Assembly (NCBI GenBank): GCA_002269645.1
Contig: NIVC01004698.1
Location: 1 to 37,684 of the forward strand
DNA from: Macrostomum lignano
Lineage: Eukaryota
Direction of reading: 5' to 3'
DNA length: 37,684 bases
In this document: positions 21,562-32,467 of the stretch, one piece after another
How positions within the stretch are numbered: position 1 is the first letter of the stretch
Layout of the letters: each line of letters starts with the position of its first letter
Made by a program: the position numbers and the translations under genes
Notes under the pieces: model-generated
Databases searched by the model: none
What the model saw: the letters and a program-made list of their open reading frames with translations, nothing else
Told to the model about the DNA's origin: nothing

Positions 21562-23005
21562 CTACAGCTTTCAAAACTTCAGCGCGAGCAAAAAGCAGTT
21601 TTCGAAAAGTGAAATATACAAGTTAAACTGACCCTACGCTCATATGTATGCGTACATAAACTACTGTAGTTCACTTGAATGCGCCTTGCTGGCTTTCCTC
21701 TGTGATTTACCTTATCATGAAAGCCACTGTTACGGCTTGTTGCTTTAAAAAGTGATAATTGCTTTAAAAAACGGCTATAAACTCAAATCTGTATATGTTG
21801 TGGATTGTCAGTCGGTAAAGCTTTTCTCCTTTAAAAAGAGCTGCTCATCATATTTCTCACATCAATATAGTTAATGATATAAGTGAGTGTTTAAGTAGGC
21901 TCCATCTTGTTAGAGCTGTTGCTATTAAGGCATAACTAATCATCGAAATAATTATTGTATTTAAATCGGTGCCATACTTTTTAAAAGTACAAATATCGAG
22001 TAGCTAGTGTTTTTATTTTTTATCACACTTTCCATTCTTAGTAAATTGATGGTACACTATAGACGAGTGCCTTCAGTGCACCTATATGTTTTTGTACAAA
22101 ATGTCACTGTGTCCTTTTGTTTTCTGTATGCCCTTTTGGCAACCATCGCAAGGTGTTTTCAAGCTGTCTGCCAGCACCCAGTTTTTTTATTCGTATCATA
22201 AATCGAAATTATGCTCGTTCTGTTTCGAACTCAATAATTTTTACTATATTTTATTTTTTGCCCATTAGTTTAGTTTTTAATTTGTAGTTTTTGTGCCTTA
22301 TTAGTAGTGTTTTTCTACTTTTGCTTTCCACTCTGAGAGGATTGCTATTTGGTGTATATTTTTGCTTTCAAATTCTGTAAGACTGCAGTTGAGCAGCTTG
22401 GTGGTGTACAAGTGCCTTCTGCTTTTGCTTGTGTGGCTTGACTATTTTTATCAGATCGAAGAAAAATAAAAAAAACGTTAGCTATAAAAAATAAATGATT
22501 GGCTTGGTATCGGAAAGTTTAATTGACGGGCTTGTTGCATATGTGTGCGAGCTAAGAAAACATGTTTTGAATAAATAGAAACTTTATCTGCGTCGGTTGT
22601 TTATTATATTTTTTTATAGAACAGCGAAGCATTATTAATTAACTAATTTATATAGTGGCAGTATTGTTATCATTTAAATGTTTATTAGCATTGGAGAAGG
22701 CTTCATCCTATAAGATGAAGTTATCAACAATAATGTAAATGAGTGTGACCACGCGAGCTTCATACTTCATAGATATAATTAATGATATATACACTAAAGG
22801 ATGCATTCACAATCACACGTTGCTATAAAACTAAAGATCATCACTGGCATATACATAATGGTATAGAAACAGTATAAAAACTTATGAAAAATAATTTACA
22901 AAACAATGTTGCTAAATTAAAATAGAATTAATCCAGTATACAAAGTTTGGTCATTAAAAGACAGAGTGAACCAATTGTCGTGTTGAATTGCAAATAGGCT
23001 TTTCC

Positions 23006-23103
23006 TTAGGCAGTAATGTTGGCTGGAAGAGTGGCTGTAGAATTTGGGCAGAATTTTAAGCCATGAGCCAATTTGCTATTTAAGGCATGAGCAGTCTTGC
23101 AAA
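23006..23103 (-). CDS. Small type II membrane protein, exon 3
   Basis: Phase-1 acceptor ATTTCAG|TT; ICKTAHALNSKLAHGLKFCPNSTATLPANITA*. Total 390 nt, 129 aa. Confidence 0.7.
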
Positions 23104-23188
23104 CTGAAATGTTAAAAGTAAAAATTTAGGTTGATTGGAAATAAAAGGGCAAGTAATATTCTTAATAATAATCATGATATTCACTTAC

Positions 23189-23328
23189 TCAATGGGATTT
23201 TCTCTTGCAATTTATGCATTGCATTTTGAAGTGAAATTATGAAGTACAGAAAGTTGTAGATCACAAAGACAAACAGAATCACTGCTAAAATTAAAATGAT
23301 GCACAGAGCCACTTGAACACGAGGACTG
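23189..23328 (-). CDS. Small type II membrane protein, exon 2 (TM helix)
   Basis: Phase-2 acceptor TTTTGCAG|C; SPRVQVALCIILILAVILFVFVIYNFLYFIISLQNAMHKLQEKIPL; donor A|GTAAGT, phase 1. Confidence 0.78.
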
Positions 23329-23463
23329 CTGCAAAACCGAAATGATTTGGTACATAATCGTGAATATTTAAGAATTATTTCTGTGTACTGTATTACATGA
23401 AACAAAACTTGAACAATCAATCAAAACTGATCTCAAAATTATCATAAGACACAAAATACTTAC

Positions 23464-23615
23464 AATTCTTTGAATCCACTCTGTCCTTTCTTTGATTTAG
23501 GTCCATTAAAAAATGTGTCTGATGAGTCGCTGTCGCACTCTTCCTCCTCATGTACAAGAATGTACTCATAATTTGCATCTAACTTTGTTCCATCCTTCTT
23601 CCTTTCGTAAGCCAT
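23464..23615 (-). CDS. Small type II membrane protein, exon 1
   Basis: MAYERKKDGTKLDANYEYILVHEEEECDSDSSDTFFNGPKSKKGQSGFKE; donor TT|GTAAGT, phase 2. Confidence 0.75.
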
Positions 23616-24148
23616 TAAAACTGTATACAAATTTATAATAAATCTACGAGCTTCGAGCTGTCACCTGTTATCTCTGCAGATATAGATTGTATTTAATATA
23701 AATAATTTTACAGCTTTCAACCAGAAAAGCTACATGTACATATTGCAGACAACTGAGACAAGCTTAAAGCCTGTAGACGCTTCATGTCCTACGTGAAAAT
23801 TAACGAATAGTATTGTAAACTGAATTTCATTTTGTTTTGGAACTAAGCATTTAAGCAAATTCTACTTTAGCTATATCTCAGTTATTGAAAAAATATTAAA
23901 TTCACTAATGGTTTCTTTTGTTTTTTAAGTAGAAAAAAGTTTTTTCTGCTAAAACATACGCTGTTGTTTTCAAAATGCGAAAAAAATATTGTACAATTTG
24001 AATGCCAATTTCTATTATCGAACGTCCACCGGACGGAAGTTTGCGAAGATCAGCAGCAGCTTCATCTGATCTTGTTGCTTTGGCTTTTGTTTATGCTCCT
24101 AGTTGTATGCAACTTGGTTGATATATTTTAATAAAGCATACGCACGCA

Positions 24149-24442
24149 ATGCCTCTCTTTGGAAAGAAAAAGAGGGAAATTACTCAAGAGAGTCCAAGCC
24201 ATCAAACTTCTCCAACAAAATCTACATCCCAAAACAGCAATCATAATCATGGGGATCATGGTCATGATCCTACTTCACCATCTAAAAGTAAAAATCAAGA
24301 ATACTATGATCCACCTCGCCCAAAGTACAATTTTCATTGCCAATTGGCTCATGGCAGCCCAACTGGAATAATTAGTGGATTCACTAATGTTAAGGAACTT
24401 TATGCTAAGATTGCAGAGTGCTACAATATTGAGTCATCAGAT
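24149..24442 (+). CDS. GIPC: GIPC PDZ-domain adaptor, exon 1
   Basis: GH1 motif [29 protein letters not shown]; donor GAT|GTAAGC. Confidence 0.93.
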
Positions 24443-25455
24443 GTAAGCCTTCATGAAATTATTTTAATTTCAGTGTTATTATGCTATATTCATACTAGTT
24501 CTAAGAACTATCACTTGTTTTATCTTATTTTGACCTGTAGTAATAATATGGTTTTAGATATTTTATAAGCCTTTATTTCATTTATTTTCTTGTAACCAAA
24601 GAAGTCTAAATAAAATATTGCATTTTTCAGTTAGACTTTAACGATTTTAGCTATTTTCGATTCGGTAATAACATATTGCTTGTTTTTGGTTTTATTACAA
24701 ACTAACAGCTATTACCTCATATAATATATAGTATTATTATAAAATGAAAAGCAAATACAGAGATACATTTTATTTTTATCTTGAATAATTTGTTTATCTT
24801 ATTGCTAGTGTTTATTTTTGTTATGCAAGTCTTATTTATATTAGTCTAAGTGACAAGATTCTATAAATTGGCCTTTATATTAATTGATCTATTTATATAT
24901 AAAATCATAGTGACTATATTTATTGAAACAAATCAACAAGTAGTCATAGTATTATACTCTCTCAAAATTGAAGTATGTAGAACCTAAAAAAAGTAATGTC
25001 CATGAGCTTTTTAAAGTTGTCCTATTTTTAGGCACTAAGTATTCAAGTTTATTATATTATAAATAATATGAGAACTAAGGGTTTATCAATAATACATTAC
25101 CTTAGAACTATTATCAATAGGACATTGCTTTGTATTCTTATTGTATTTTCTTTTCCATATAAAATTTTTCTATATTTGTAATTTGACTAAGTTATATACT
25201 GAAGAAATTATTCATATTCTTTTTATAATGGTATAATATATTATATGGTTTCTACTGTAAGTATATGATTAGTATACATTTAGTAGTTATACTAGTTTGG
25301 TCCTTCCTGGTGGCTATAAATATAGAACTAATAGAATGTTTATGCTTTTTAGTTTTCCTCTTTTACTTTAAATTGATTTAGAATTTACTCAGCAGTGCCA
25401 GTATGTGATACAATTAGAAAAATATTTCTAGCCTTTTGCCCTTTTATTCTCCTAG

Positions 25456-25729
25456 ATCATCTTCTGCACGCTGAACACGCACAAGATCGAGATGGAGCAC
25501 CTACTGGGTGGCCAAATTGGCCTAGACGATTTCCTATTTGCCCACATTAAAGGCCAGAAAAAAGAGATTGAAGTAGAAAAGTCGGATGACGCCCTCGGCC
25601 TCACCATCACCGACAATGGCGCTGGTTACGCTTTCATCAAGCGAATCAAGGCTGGCTCCATAATTGACAGAATTGACCACATCCAGCCCGGGGATCACAT
25701 TGAGAAAATTGACGGCGAAAATTTCGTTG
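25456..25729 (+). CDS. GIPC: GIPC exon 2
   Basis: [28 protein letters not shown]; [21 protein letters not shown]; donor G|GTAAGA, phase 1. Confidence 0.95.
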
Positions 25730-25789
25730 GTAAGAGGTTTTTTTTACTACACATCATAGAAAAATATTCTAACTGCCTGTTGGAATGAC

Positions 25790-26022
25790 TTGTATAAGTT
25801 TAGAAGCCAGATACTAGAATAACTAGATATTTAGAAGCCAGCGAAGCTTGTAGATTTACACAACCTTCTAATCGGTTCAGCCAAATGACGATGTACATTA
25901 GCCAGCGCCAATGAAATGTACATGCTAGCTTTATGCTGGAACATTGAATGAAGAAGGCAATAAAAATTCGGTGGCAGCGGGGGTGGTTTTTGTGTGGAAA
26001 GACGCGGTTTGAGGGCTTAATC
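25790..26022 (+). mobile_element. Diverged partial MITE copy in GIPC intron 2
   Basis: Matches the internal part of the adjacent 26023 copy and is truncated where that copy begins. Confidence 0.75.
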
Positions 26023-26480
26023 CACAGATACTAGAATGACTAGATAGGCCACTCAAGCTTATATACTTAGTAAAACAGCTTTCTACTTTCAGCTCAGTGG
26101 CAAAGAAGAGTGCATAAACTGCATGTGCATAAACATTTTATAAAAATAAAGGCAGCTGAAATGACTGATAAGTTTAGAAGCCAAGCTTGCAGGCGCAAAC
26201 AACTTGCTAATTGGTTCAGCAGTAATGTACATTAGCCAGTCCACTGAAATGTACATGGCAGCTTTAGGCTGCAGTTTCGAGAAAGGCAATAAAAATTGGG
26301 GCGGGGCGGGGGGTAGTGTGGAAGGCGCGGTTGGAGGGTTTAAGCTTGTGGGTAAGAGCACATAAATGAGCCTTGTCTTAAAAATACATTAAAATGCTTC
26401 TGTTTAACTTACTACTGAACAGAAAGTAGTTTATACGCAAATGGGCTGAGTGGCCCATCTATCTTATTCTAGTAGCTGTG
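26023..26480 (+). mobile_element. Full-length TIR MITE (about 458 bp) in GIPC intron 2
   Basis: Left end CACAGATACTAGAATGACTAGATAGGCCACTC; right end GAGTGGCCCATCTATCTTATTCTAGTAGCTGTG; non-coding interior. Confidence 0.88.
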
Positions 26481-26544
26481 GTTACGTGTGTAAATTTATA
26501 AAATTCCTCTTATGCATTGGTCCACTGTTTCTTCCGCATCGCAG

Positions 26545-26774
26545 GTAAGCGTCACTTTGACGTTGCTAAGCGTCTAAAAGAAATTCCCAGAGGAACCACA
26601 TTCGTGCTGCGCTTAGTTTCGCCGGAGAAGTCGCCATACGCTAATTTGAATCCGCGCTCCGGCTCCCGCGGTCACCCAGCGGGTGGCGGCGGCGGGGGCG
26701 GCGGACTCGGTAGCGGGAAGAAGACTATTCGCCTGAAGGCGCGGGGTGGCGGCGGTGGCGGCGGCGAGGAAGAT
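26545..26774 (+). CDS. GIPC: GIPC exon 3
   Basis: (G)KRHFDVAKRLKEIPRGTTFVLRLVSPEK...GSGKKTIRLK; donor GAT|GTTAGT. Confidence 0.88.
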
Positions 26775-26977
26775 GTTAGTGAGGTTAATTTTTTGTTATG
26801 GAAATCAGAGAAGTGACCGAAATTAGACTGTGTGAATAGATATTCCTGAAAGCCTTCTTATATTGTATACATGTAGGCTGTTGGCAGTAAAAAACTAATT
26901 AGTTGATTCTATCTGAACTTACACAGCTTCTGCAATAAGCAACATTATTTGAATAATTACTGCGTGTAGGCGATAAA

Positions 26978-27410
26978 ACACCTGGCCAATAATTAGGCAA
27001 CAAACTATCTGCCCAACTAATTAGACAACAAAATACCTCGCAAACTAATTAGACAACAAATTATCTGGCCCACTAATTAGACTACAAACTACCTGGCCAA
27101 CTAATTAGACCACAAACTACCTCGCAAACTAATTAGACAACAAATTATCTGGCCCACTAATTAGACTACAAACTACCTGGCCAACTAATTAGACCACAAA
27201 CTACCTCGCAAACTAATTAGACAACAAATTATCCGGCCAACTAATTAGACTACAAACTACCTGGCCAACTAATTAGACAACAAACTACCTGGCCAACTAA
27301 TTAGACAACAAAGTACCTGGCCAACTAATTAGACAACAAAGTACCTGGCCAACTAATTAGAAAACAAGCTACCTGGCCAACTAATTAGCAACAAGTTACC
27401 CGACTAACAA
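26978..27410. repeat. 28-bp minisatellite in GIPC intron 3
   Basis: About 15 copies of CCAACTAATTAGACAACAAACTACCTGG. Confidence 0.93.
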
Positions 27411-27536
27411 ATTAAGCAACAGACGGCATGATAGACCATATTTACTGAAAATTTCCCAGCTAGATACTATAGTTAGTAACCAGAAAGGCCAAATCAAAGC
27501 TAATCCGTCTCTAATCCGCACTGGCTCTGTATCCAG

Positions 27537-27869
27537 GCCCCGGATCAGGCGGCCGCCGCGGCCATCGAGGCCATCAATCGTCTAATCGAAGGCTTGCTAG
27601 GCATCTCGGACGCCGAGCTCGCCCAGAGCATCTGGGAGATCGGCCAGGTGGCCGGGAATCCGCACGAATTCGCTCTGATGGTGGATCGCGACCTCGGCGA
27701 GTTCGCCTTCCCGGATGGCCTCGTCTTCGACTTCTGGGGCGCCGTTAGCGACGCCAAAGCAGGTCGAATCCGGCCCGGAAGTGGCGGCGGCGGCGGCAGG
27801 GCGCCTGCGGATTCACGGAAAGCTGAGCCGGAAGAAGAGGGTGCAGTGGAGTTCACAGAGGAGTTCTAA
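27537..27869 (+). CDS. GIPC: GIPC exon 4 (GH2 domain, stop)
   Basis: LGISDAELA...LGEFAFPDGLVFDFWGAVSDAK. Spliced CDS is 1131 nt (376 aa). Confidence 0.93.
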   Translation, partial: APDQAAAAAIEAINRLIEGLLGISDAELAQSIWEIGQVAGNPHEFALMVDRDLGEFAFPDGLVFDFWGAVSDAKAGRIRPGSGGGGGRAPADSRKAEPEEEGAVEFTEEF

Positions 27870-28048
27870 TGTTGGCTGAGTGTTTGCTGACTGCAGTTTT
27901 TCTGTTTGTACACAAAAGACGCGATTATTTGTTTTCTATCACAACTTTTAACGTAAAAAAACTGAACAACTGCAACAATCAGCCTGCACTGTCTGAAATG
28001 GAGGGTTTTTGGAAGAAGAGCTGGCTACTCCATTTTCTCATTCTGGGT

Positions 28049-28496
28049 CACAGATACTAAACTAACTGGATGAGCCACTCCGGCATATATCCTTAGTAAA
28101 ACAGCTTTCTACTTTCAGTTCAGTAGCAAAGAAGAATACATAAGCTATTTTATAAAAAAGAAAATGACTTCGATAAGTTTAGAAGCCCAAGCTTGCAGGC
28201 GTAATCAACTTGCTAATTGGTTCAGCAGCAATGTACATTAGCCAGTCCACTGAAATGCACATGGCAGCTTTAGGCTGGAATTCCGAGAAAGGCAATAAAA
28301 ATTGTGGCGGGGCGGGGGAGGGTAGTGTGGAAAGGCGCGTTCGGAGGGTTTAAGCTGGGGGGGGGGGGTAAGAGCCAATAAATCAGCCTTGGCTTTAAAA
28401 ATGCTCTAAAATTCTTCTGTTCGACTTACTACTGAACTGAAAGTAGCTTACACGCAAATGTGCTTAGTGGCCCATCTAGTTATTCTCGTATCTGTG
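28049..28496 (+). mobile_element. Full-length TIR MITE (about 448 bp)
   Basis: Same TIRs CACAGATACT...AGTGGCCCATCTAGTTATTCTCGTATCTGTG; flanks TTCTGGGT / CTCTGTGT (6 of 8 match, possibly a decayed TSD). Confidence 0.88.
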
Positions 28497-29012
28497 CTCT
28501 GTGTCTCCTATACTTAACTTTAACTTTACTTTAACGAATTGAGTTGCCTTTTTGAACAATTTTTAATAGGAAAAATAAGAAGTCATAAATCAATATTATT
28601 CATTGTTGCGATATCAGACTTGTGTTCGCGAACCCATTGTTATCGATATAAAGGTTGTGGAACTACTTATATACGTGTTTCTCTGTGGACTACATAATTC
28701 ACTCGTGACTTTGGTACATTTTTTATGCTTCTTATGCTTTTCTTGCGCTCAATTTGCTTTACTAATTGAATCTCTGTTTGTTTTGCAGAGTTAAGCAAGT
28801 CGAGCCACACAAATCAGTCAGTGTTCCTGAGTTATTTTTTATTCACCGTATTAGTTTTGTCGTTTTTGTCTTTGTTGTTAAATAGGTTTTTTTACTTTTT
28901 TGGCTAGTGTTTCTTTTTTGCTCGTTTGCCATCGTTATAAAAATCTTTCGCACTTGTTCGAGAATGATAAGTCATTTTTGAAGGTTTTTATCGCTTTTGC
29001 TGATTACTCTCT

Positions 29013-29341
29013 TGGCCAATCAAAAGACATGCGGTTAAGGTGGAGTTGGTAACTGAGCACCCAATCAGAAACTAGTAAGGGCAGAGGTTGGTTATTGATC
29101 AGCCAATCAGAAGCCAGTCAGGGCAGAGGTTGGTTATTAATCAGCCAATTAGAAACCAGCCAGGGCAAAGGTTGGTGATTAATCAGCCAATGAAAGCCAG
29201 TCGGTGCAAAGGTGGATTTAACAGCCAATAAGAAGCAGTCAGGCAAAGTTTGATTGAACAGCCAATCAGAAGCCAGTTTGACAGTTAGCTAGTCTTGTGT
29301 TTATAAATGGACCTTTGCCGTGCTAATTCGCTTGTCACTTC
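29013..29341 (+). promoter_or_regulatory. Tandem CCAAT-box array followed by TATA-like and Inr-like motifs
   Basis: CCAAT at 29016, 29061, 29103, 29145, 29187, 29225 and 29262; TTATAAAT at about 29301; TCACTTC at about 29335. Confidence 0.55.
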
Positions 29342-30113
29342 CTGCACTTTTCTTATTTTTTGAGGCGCTTTTGCCTAAAACGGTTTGTAATACATTCCAT
29401 TTTGTGTAAGACAGCACTTTTTAGACGCTAATTTCACTTTTTCGAGTCTCCGTGTCATTTTAAAAAATATATTTTCAATCGCACCCAAAAAGTTTAGAAT
29501 CTTGTTTTCATAAAACTGTTTCAAAATAGAAATCGGTTTCAAGCCACATAATCGCGTGTGCTCAATGTAAACCATAAACTTCATTCATCAACTACTTGAA
29601 TTGCACTTTTGCGTCAAACAGAAAAATAGCTTTATATATGGGCCACTTTTAACCATTTCCTAAATATTTTCACATTAAAAGACCTTATGTGACCGGAGTT
29701 ACAGTTTTTTCATTTTTCATTATTTTCATACATAATGGATTCTGTTCTAAATATGCATGTGCATATAGCTTTACTTACTTAACTTGTAGAGAGAGCAGTT
29801 ATAGTCAAGCTTATACAGTTTACAATTACGAGTAAAAATCGTATAAAAATCACTGGCTGTGTGCTGCCACCTACTGTTTATTTGATTTTTCGGTTGTGTA
29901 CTAACGTCTACGTGCATGTACATGCATTCACAAACAGCTTTCCGTGATCATTATGTTCACTATGCGCGTCTACTGGGTTGTTTCTAATTCACGTATTATT
30001 GTTATTATTAAATAAACAAACAAACGATTCACTTATTGGTAATAGAAATTTATTCGAAATGAAAATTACAAAACTGCAGAATCTATCTTTCTTGCTTTTT
30101 TAATATTACTTTA

Positions 30114-30885
30114 CAAGGAATACTAAAGTAGAAGGACGCAACACTCGACGTCTATGGAAAAATTGTTTTGAAGGCCACTTTTCGCCAAAAAATACATTAC
30201 GGAGATAGGGATAACGACGCCAGTTTGCTACCGCCCAAATTTAGCGGCCAATCAAACGTGCACTTTTGGCTGAGCATCTTTGAAGACTTCGTCGAAAACA
30301 ATAATTGGTACGATGCAAAGTGTTCCTCCAAAGTGAGGCTCCTGCTGAGAGGGGAGGCCCAGGTCTGTGTTTGGGACATGCCATGCAGATGCTGAGAAAA
30401 AAAGTTATGAGAAAATCAAAGTACTTTTTCCCGAGCAGTACGGCGGTTCTGCGAATCAGCACCGCGCTATCGCCACGCAGGAGTTCCAAAGTCGACAACG
30501 CAAGAATGGCGAGTCAATCAGGAAGCTCTTGTTCGCTCTCAGGCTGCTGTACATGGGAGCCCGCCCGGATGACCCACCAACGCTCCGCGATCGGGACGTC
30601 AAGTTCAGAATTATCCATCTATTAAGCGCAGGGATACCCGAAGCCCTGCTCAAGGAGAGCGACTCGGATACATGAACACTGGGCACGCTGATCGAGAGAG
30701 CCACCAGACTGGAGCTGGTGATGAGCAAGAACACGCCCGCAAGTTTGCCTATGGTCTTCACGGTTAACGGAGTTTCCTTGCCTGACCAGTGCGCCATGTG
30801 GTCCGATCTCAATTCCGCCGTCCACCAAAAACTTCTCGAACTTCTGTCGACCGCTCTTGGACAAGGTGCTCGGAGAGCGCCTTGA
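30114..30885 (+). mobile_element. Ty3/Gypsy-like leader and degenerate gag
   Basis: PPKFSGQSNVHFWLSIFEDF...LLLRGEAQ...QEFQSRQRKNGESIR resembles Retrotrans_gag; frameshifts and a stop are present. Confidence 0.75.
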
Positions 30886-30889
30886 AGAC

Positions 30890-32370
30890 ACTCTGCAGAA
30901 TTAAGTGCATCGGGTTGCTGTTCCTCCAGGAAGTCAATTGATCCCTGCTGCTGTCGAGCTGGGTGGTGGCGGTTCGACTCAGCATGTCCGGACGACATTT
31001 TCTCGAACAGGCCGACAGCAGAGCGTAAAGTTGAACTGCTGAATCGTGTCAAGCCAGCGCGCCAGACGCCCTTCAGGTTCCTTAGTCTGCAGCAGGCCCT
31101 TCAGTGGCTGATGATCGGTGAACGCGGTAAAGTGCTTCACGTTACACACGTACGACTTGAAATGTTTTAGGCTCCATACTAAGGCGAGCAGTTCTCTGTT
31201 GGTAGCTGAATATAGTTCCTTTCTGTCTTATTCAGGGTCCTTGAGGCGAAAGCAACCGGCAGTTCCGCATCTCTGTGCGCCTGACTGCATGAGAACCGCA
31301 CAGATTGCAAATGCGCTTGCATCGCAACTCAGGATGAAGGGCCGGCTATAAAGATCTGCTGGTAGCCTAAGCACGGGAGCCTGGCAGATCCTTTCCTCTA
31401 GTTCGGTGAAAGCATGCTCACACTCATCCGTCCAGGTGAAGCCGGTTTTTGCGTAGCTGCATGCAGAGGCGCAGCTATCCTGCTGAAGTCGTGGATGAAT
31501 CACCGGTAAAATCCCAGCATGCCGATGAATCGCCTCACTTCCTCAGCTGAGCTCGGCGTCTGAGTCTTCGATAAAGCTTCCCTTCCACTTTACTGGGGAC
31601 TGGCCTCCTTTGCTGCTGACAAGATGGCCCAGGTACTTGACACTACGGTATGCAAACACGGACTTCTCCTTGTTTAGCTTGTTCACCGGCCTTGTTCAGC
31701 GCTTTGAAACCGTTCAAAAACCCGGCGTAGACTGACTAGATGCTGGTCAAAGCTCTTGCTGAATACTATTAGATCATCCATGTAGACCAGGACCTCCTCC
31801 CACGCGAGGCCAGACATGATCAGCTCCATTAGCCGTTGGAACGTAGCCGGCGAGTTGCACATTCCAAATCCCATTTTCTTGAACTGCATGAATCCTCTGG
31901 TAGAGTAAAACGTCGTCTTGTAGCGGTCGGCTTCCTCAACTTCCACTTTATTAAAACACTGCTTGCAATCGATTGTCGTAAACCAAGAGCAGCCTAAGAG
32001 CGCGTCCATGGACTTGTTGCAGGTGTGGGAGCGGATTTATAGGCGTCCTCGACCCTAGCGGCATTCAGCTGGCGCCAGTCAGTGCAGATGCGGATGTCTC
32101 CGTTCTTCTTCTTGACTATGCCGTGGCCCATGGAGAGCTCGACGGCTAATGATGTCGTGCGAAAGCATCTGGCCAATCTTGTCGTTGCGAATGGTCCCTC
32201 AGCAGCAGGGGAATCGGTCGCTGGCGCTGCCTGAATGGCCGTGCTCCGGCCTCGAGCTTCGGCAGGAGTTCCTAAGAAAAGGAATTTTTCGGCGAAAAGT
32301 GGCCTTCAAAAACTTTCTCCATGAAACGTGAGTGTCGCGTCCTGTATATACGTTGCTTTAGTTGTCCTTG
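30890..32370 (-). mobile_element. Ty3/Gypsy-like degenerate pol (RT and RNase H) with leader
   Basis: VKKKNGDIRICTDWRQLN, FGMCNSPATFQRLM, YMDDLIVFS, FILSCDASAFAI, AFASRTL..ERNY..RELLALVWSLKHF, TDHQPL; several frameshifts. Confidence 0.93.
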
Positions 32371-32429
32371 GTATCGACGCCAACGGCAGATTTACACTGT
32401 ACGTATGCTGAGTGTACTTTCATTACAAC

Positions 32430-32467
32430 CACAGATACTAAAATAACTAGTTATTCTAGTATCTGTG
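32430..32467. mobile_element. 38-bp minimal TIR element with 8-bp TSD
   Basis: CACAGATACTAAAATAACTAGTTATTCTAGTATCTGTG flanked by ATTACAAC at 32422-32429 and 32468-32475. Confidence 0.85.

Noticed and set aside
20801-21626. Repeat ORFs (WSQFGG/LEPVWG), likewise 34725-35283, 36605-37588, 5174-5948 and 6462-7390
   Set aside because: Minisatellite translations in multiple frames.
23006-23020. C-terminal PDZ ligand for neighbouring GIPC on the small membrane protein
   Set aside because: The terminus ITA lacks S/T at position -2 and is predicted to be luminal.
19598-26361. Recurrent peptide ISVDWLMYIxAEPISKLF in two ORFs
   Set aside because: It is the shared non-coding interior of the MITE copies, with stops and no transposase motifs.
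29990-30050. LTR end and primer-binding site (AATAAA...TGGTAATAG; also TGGCGATG on the minus strand near 32650)
   Set aside because: No paired LTR found and the tRNA complementarity is too weak to support.
30114-32370. DIRS-type element (inverted terminal repeats)
   Set aside because: The RT is Gypsy-type, gag and pol are on opposite strands, and no tyrosine recombinase is visible.
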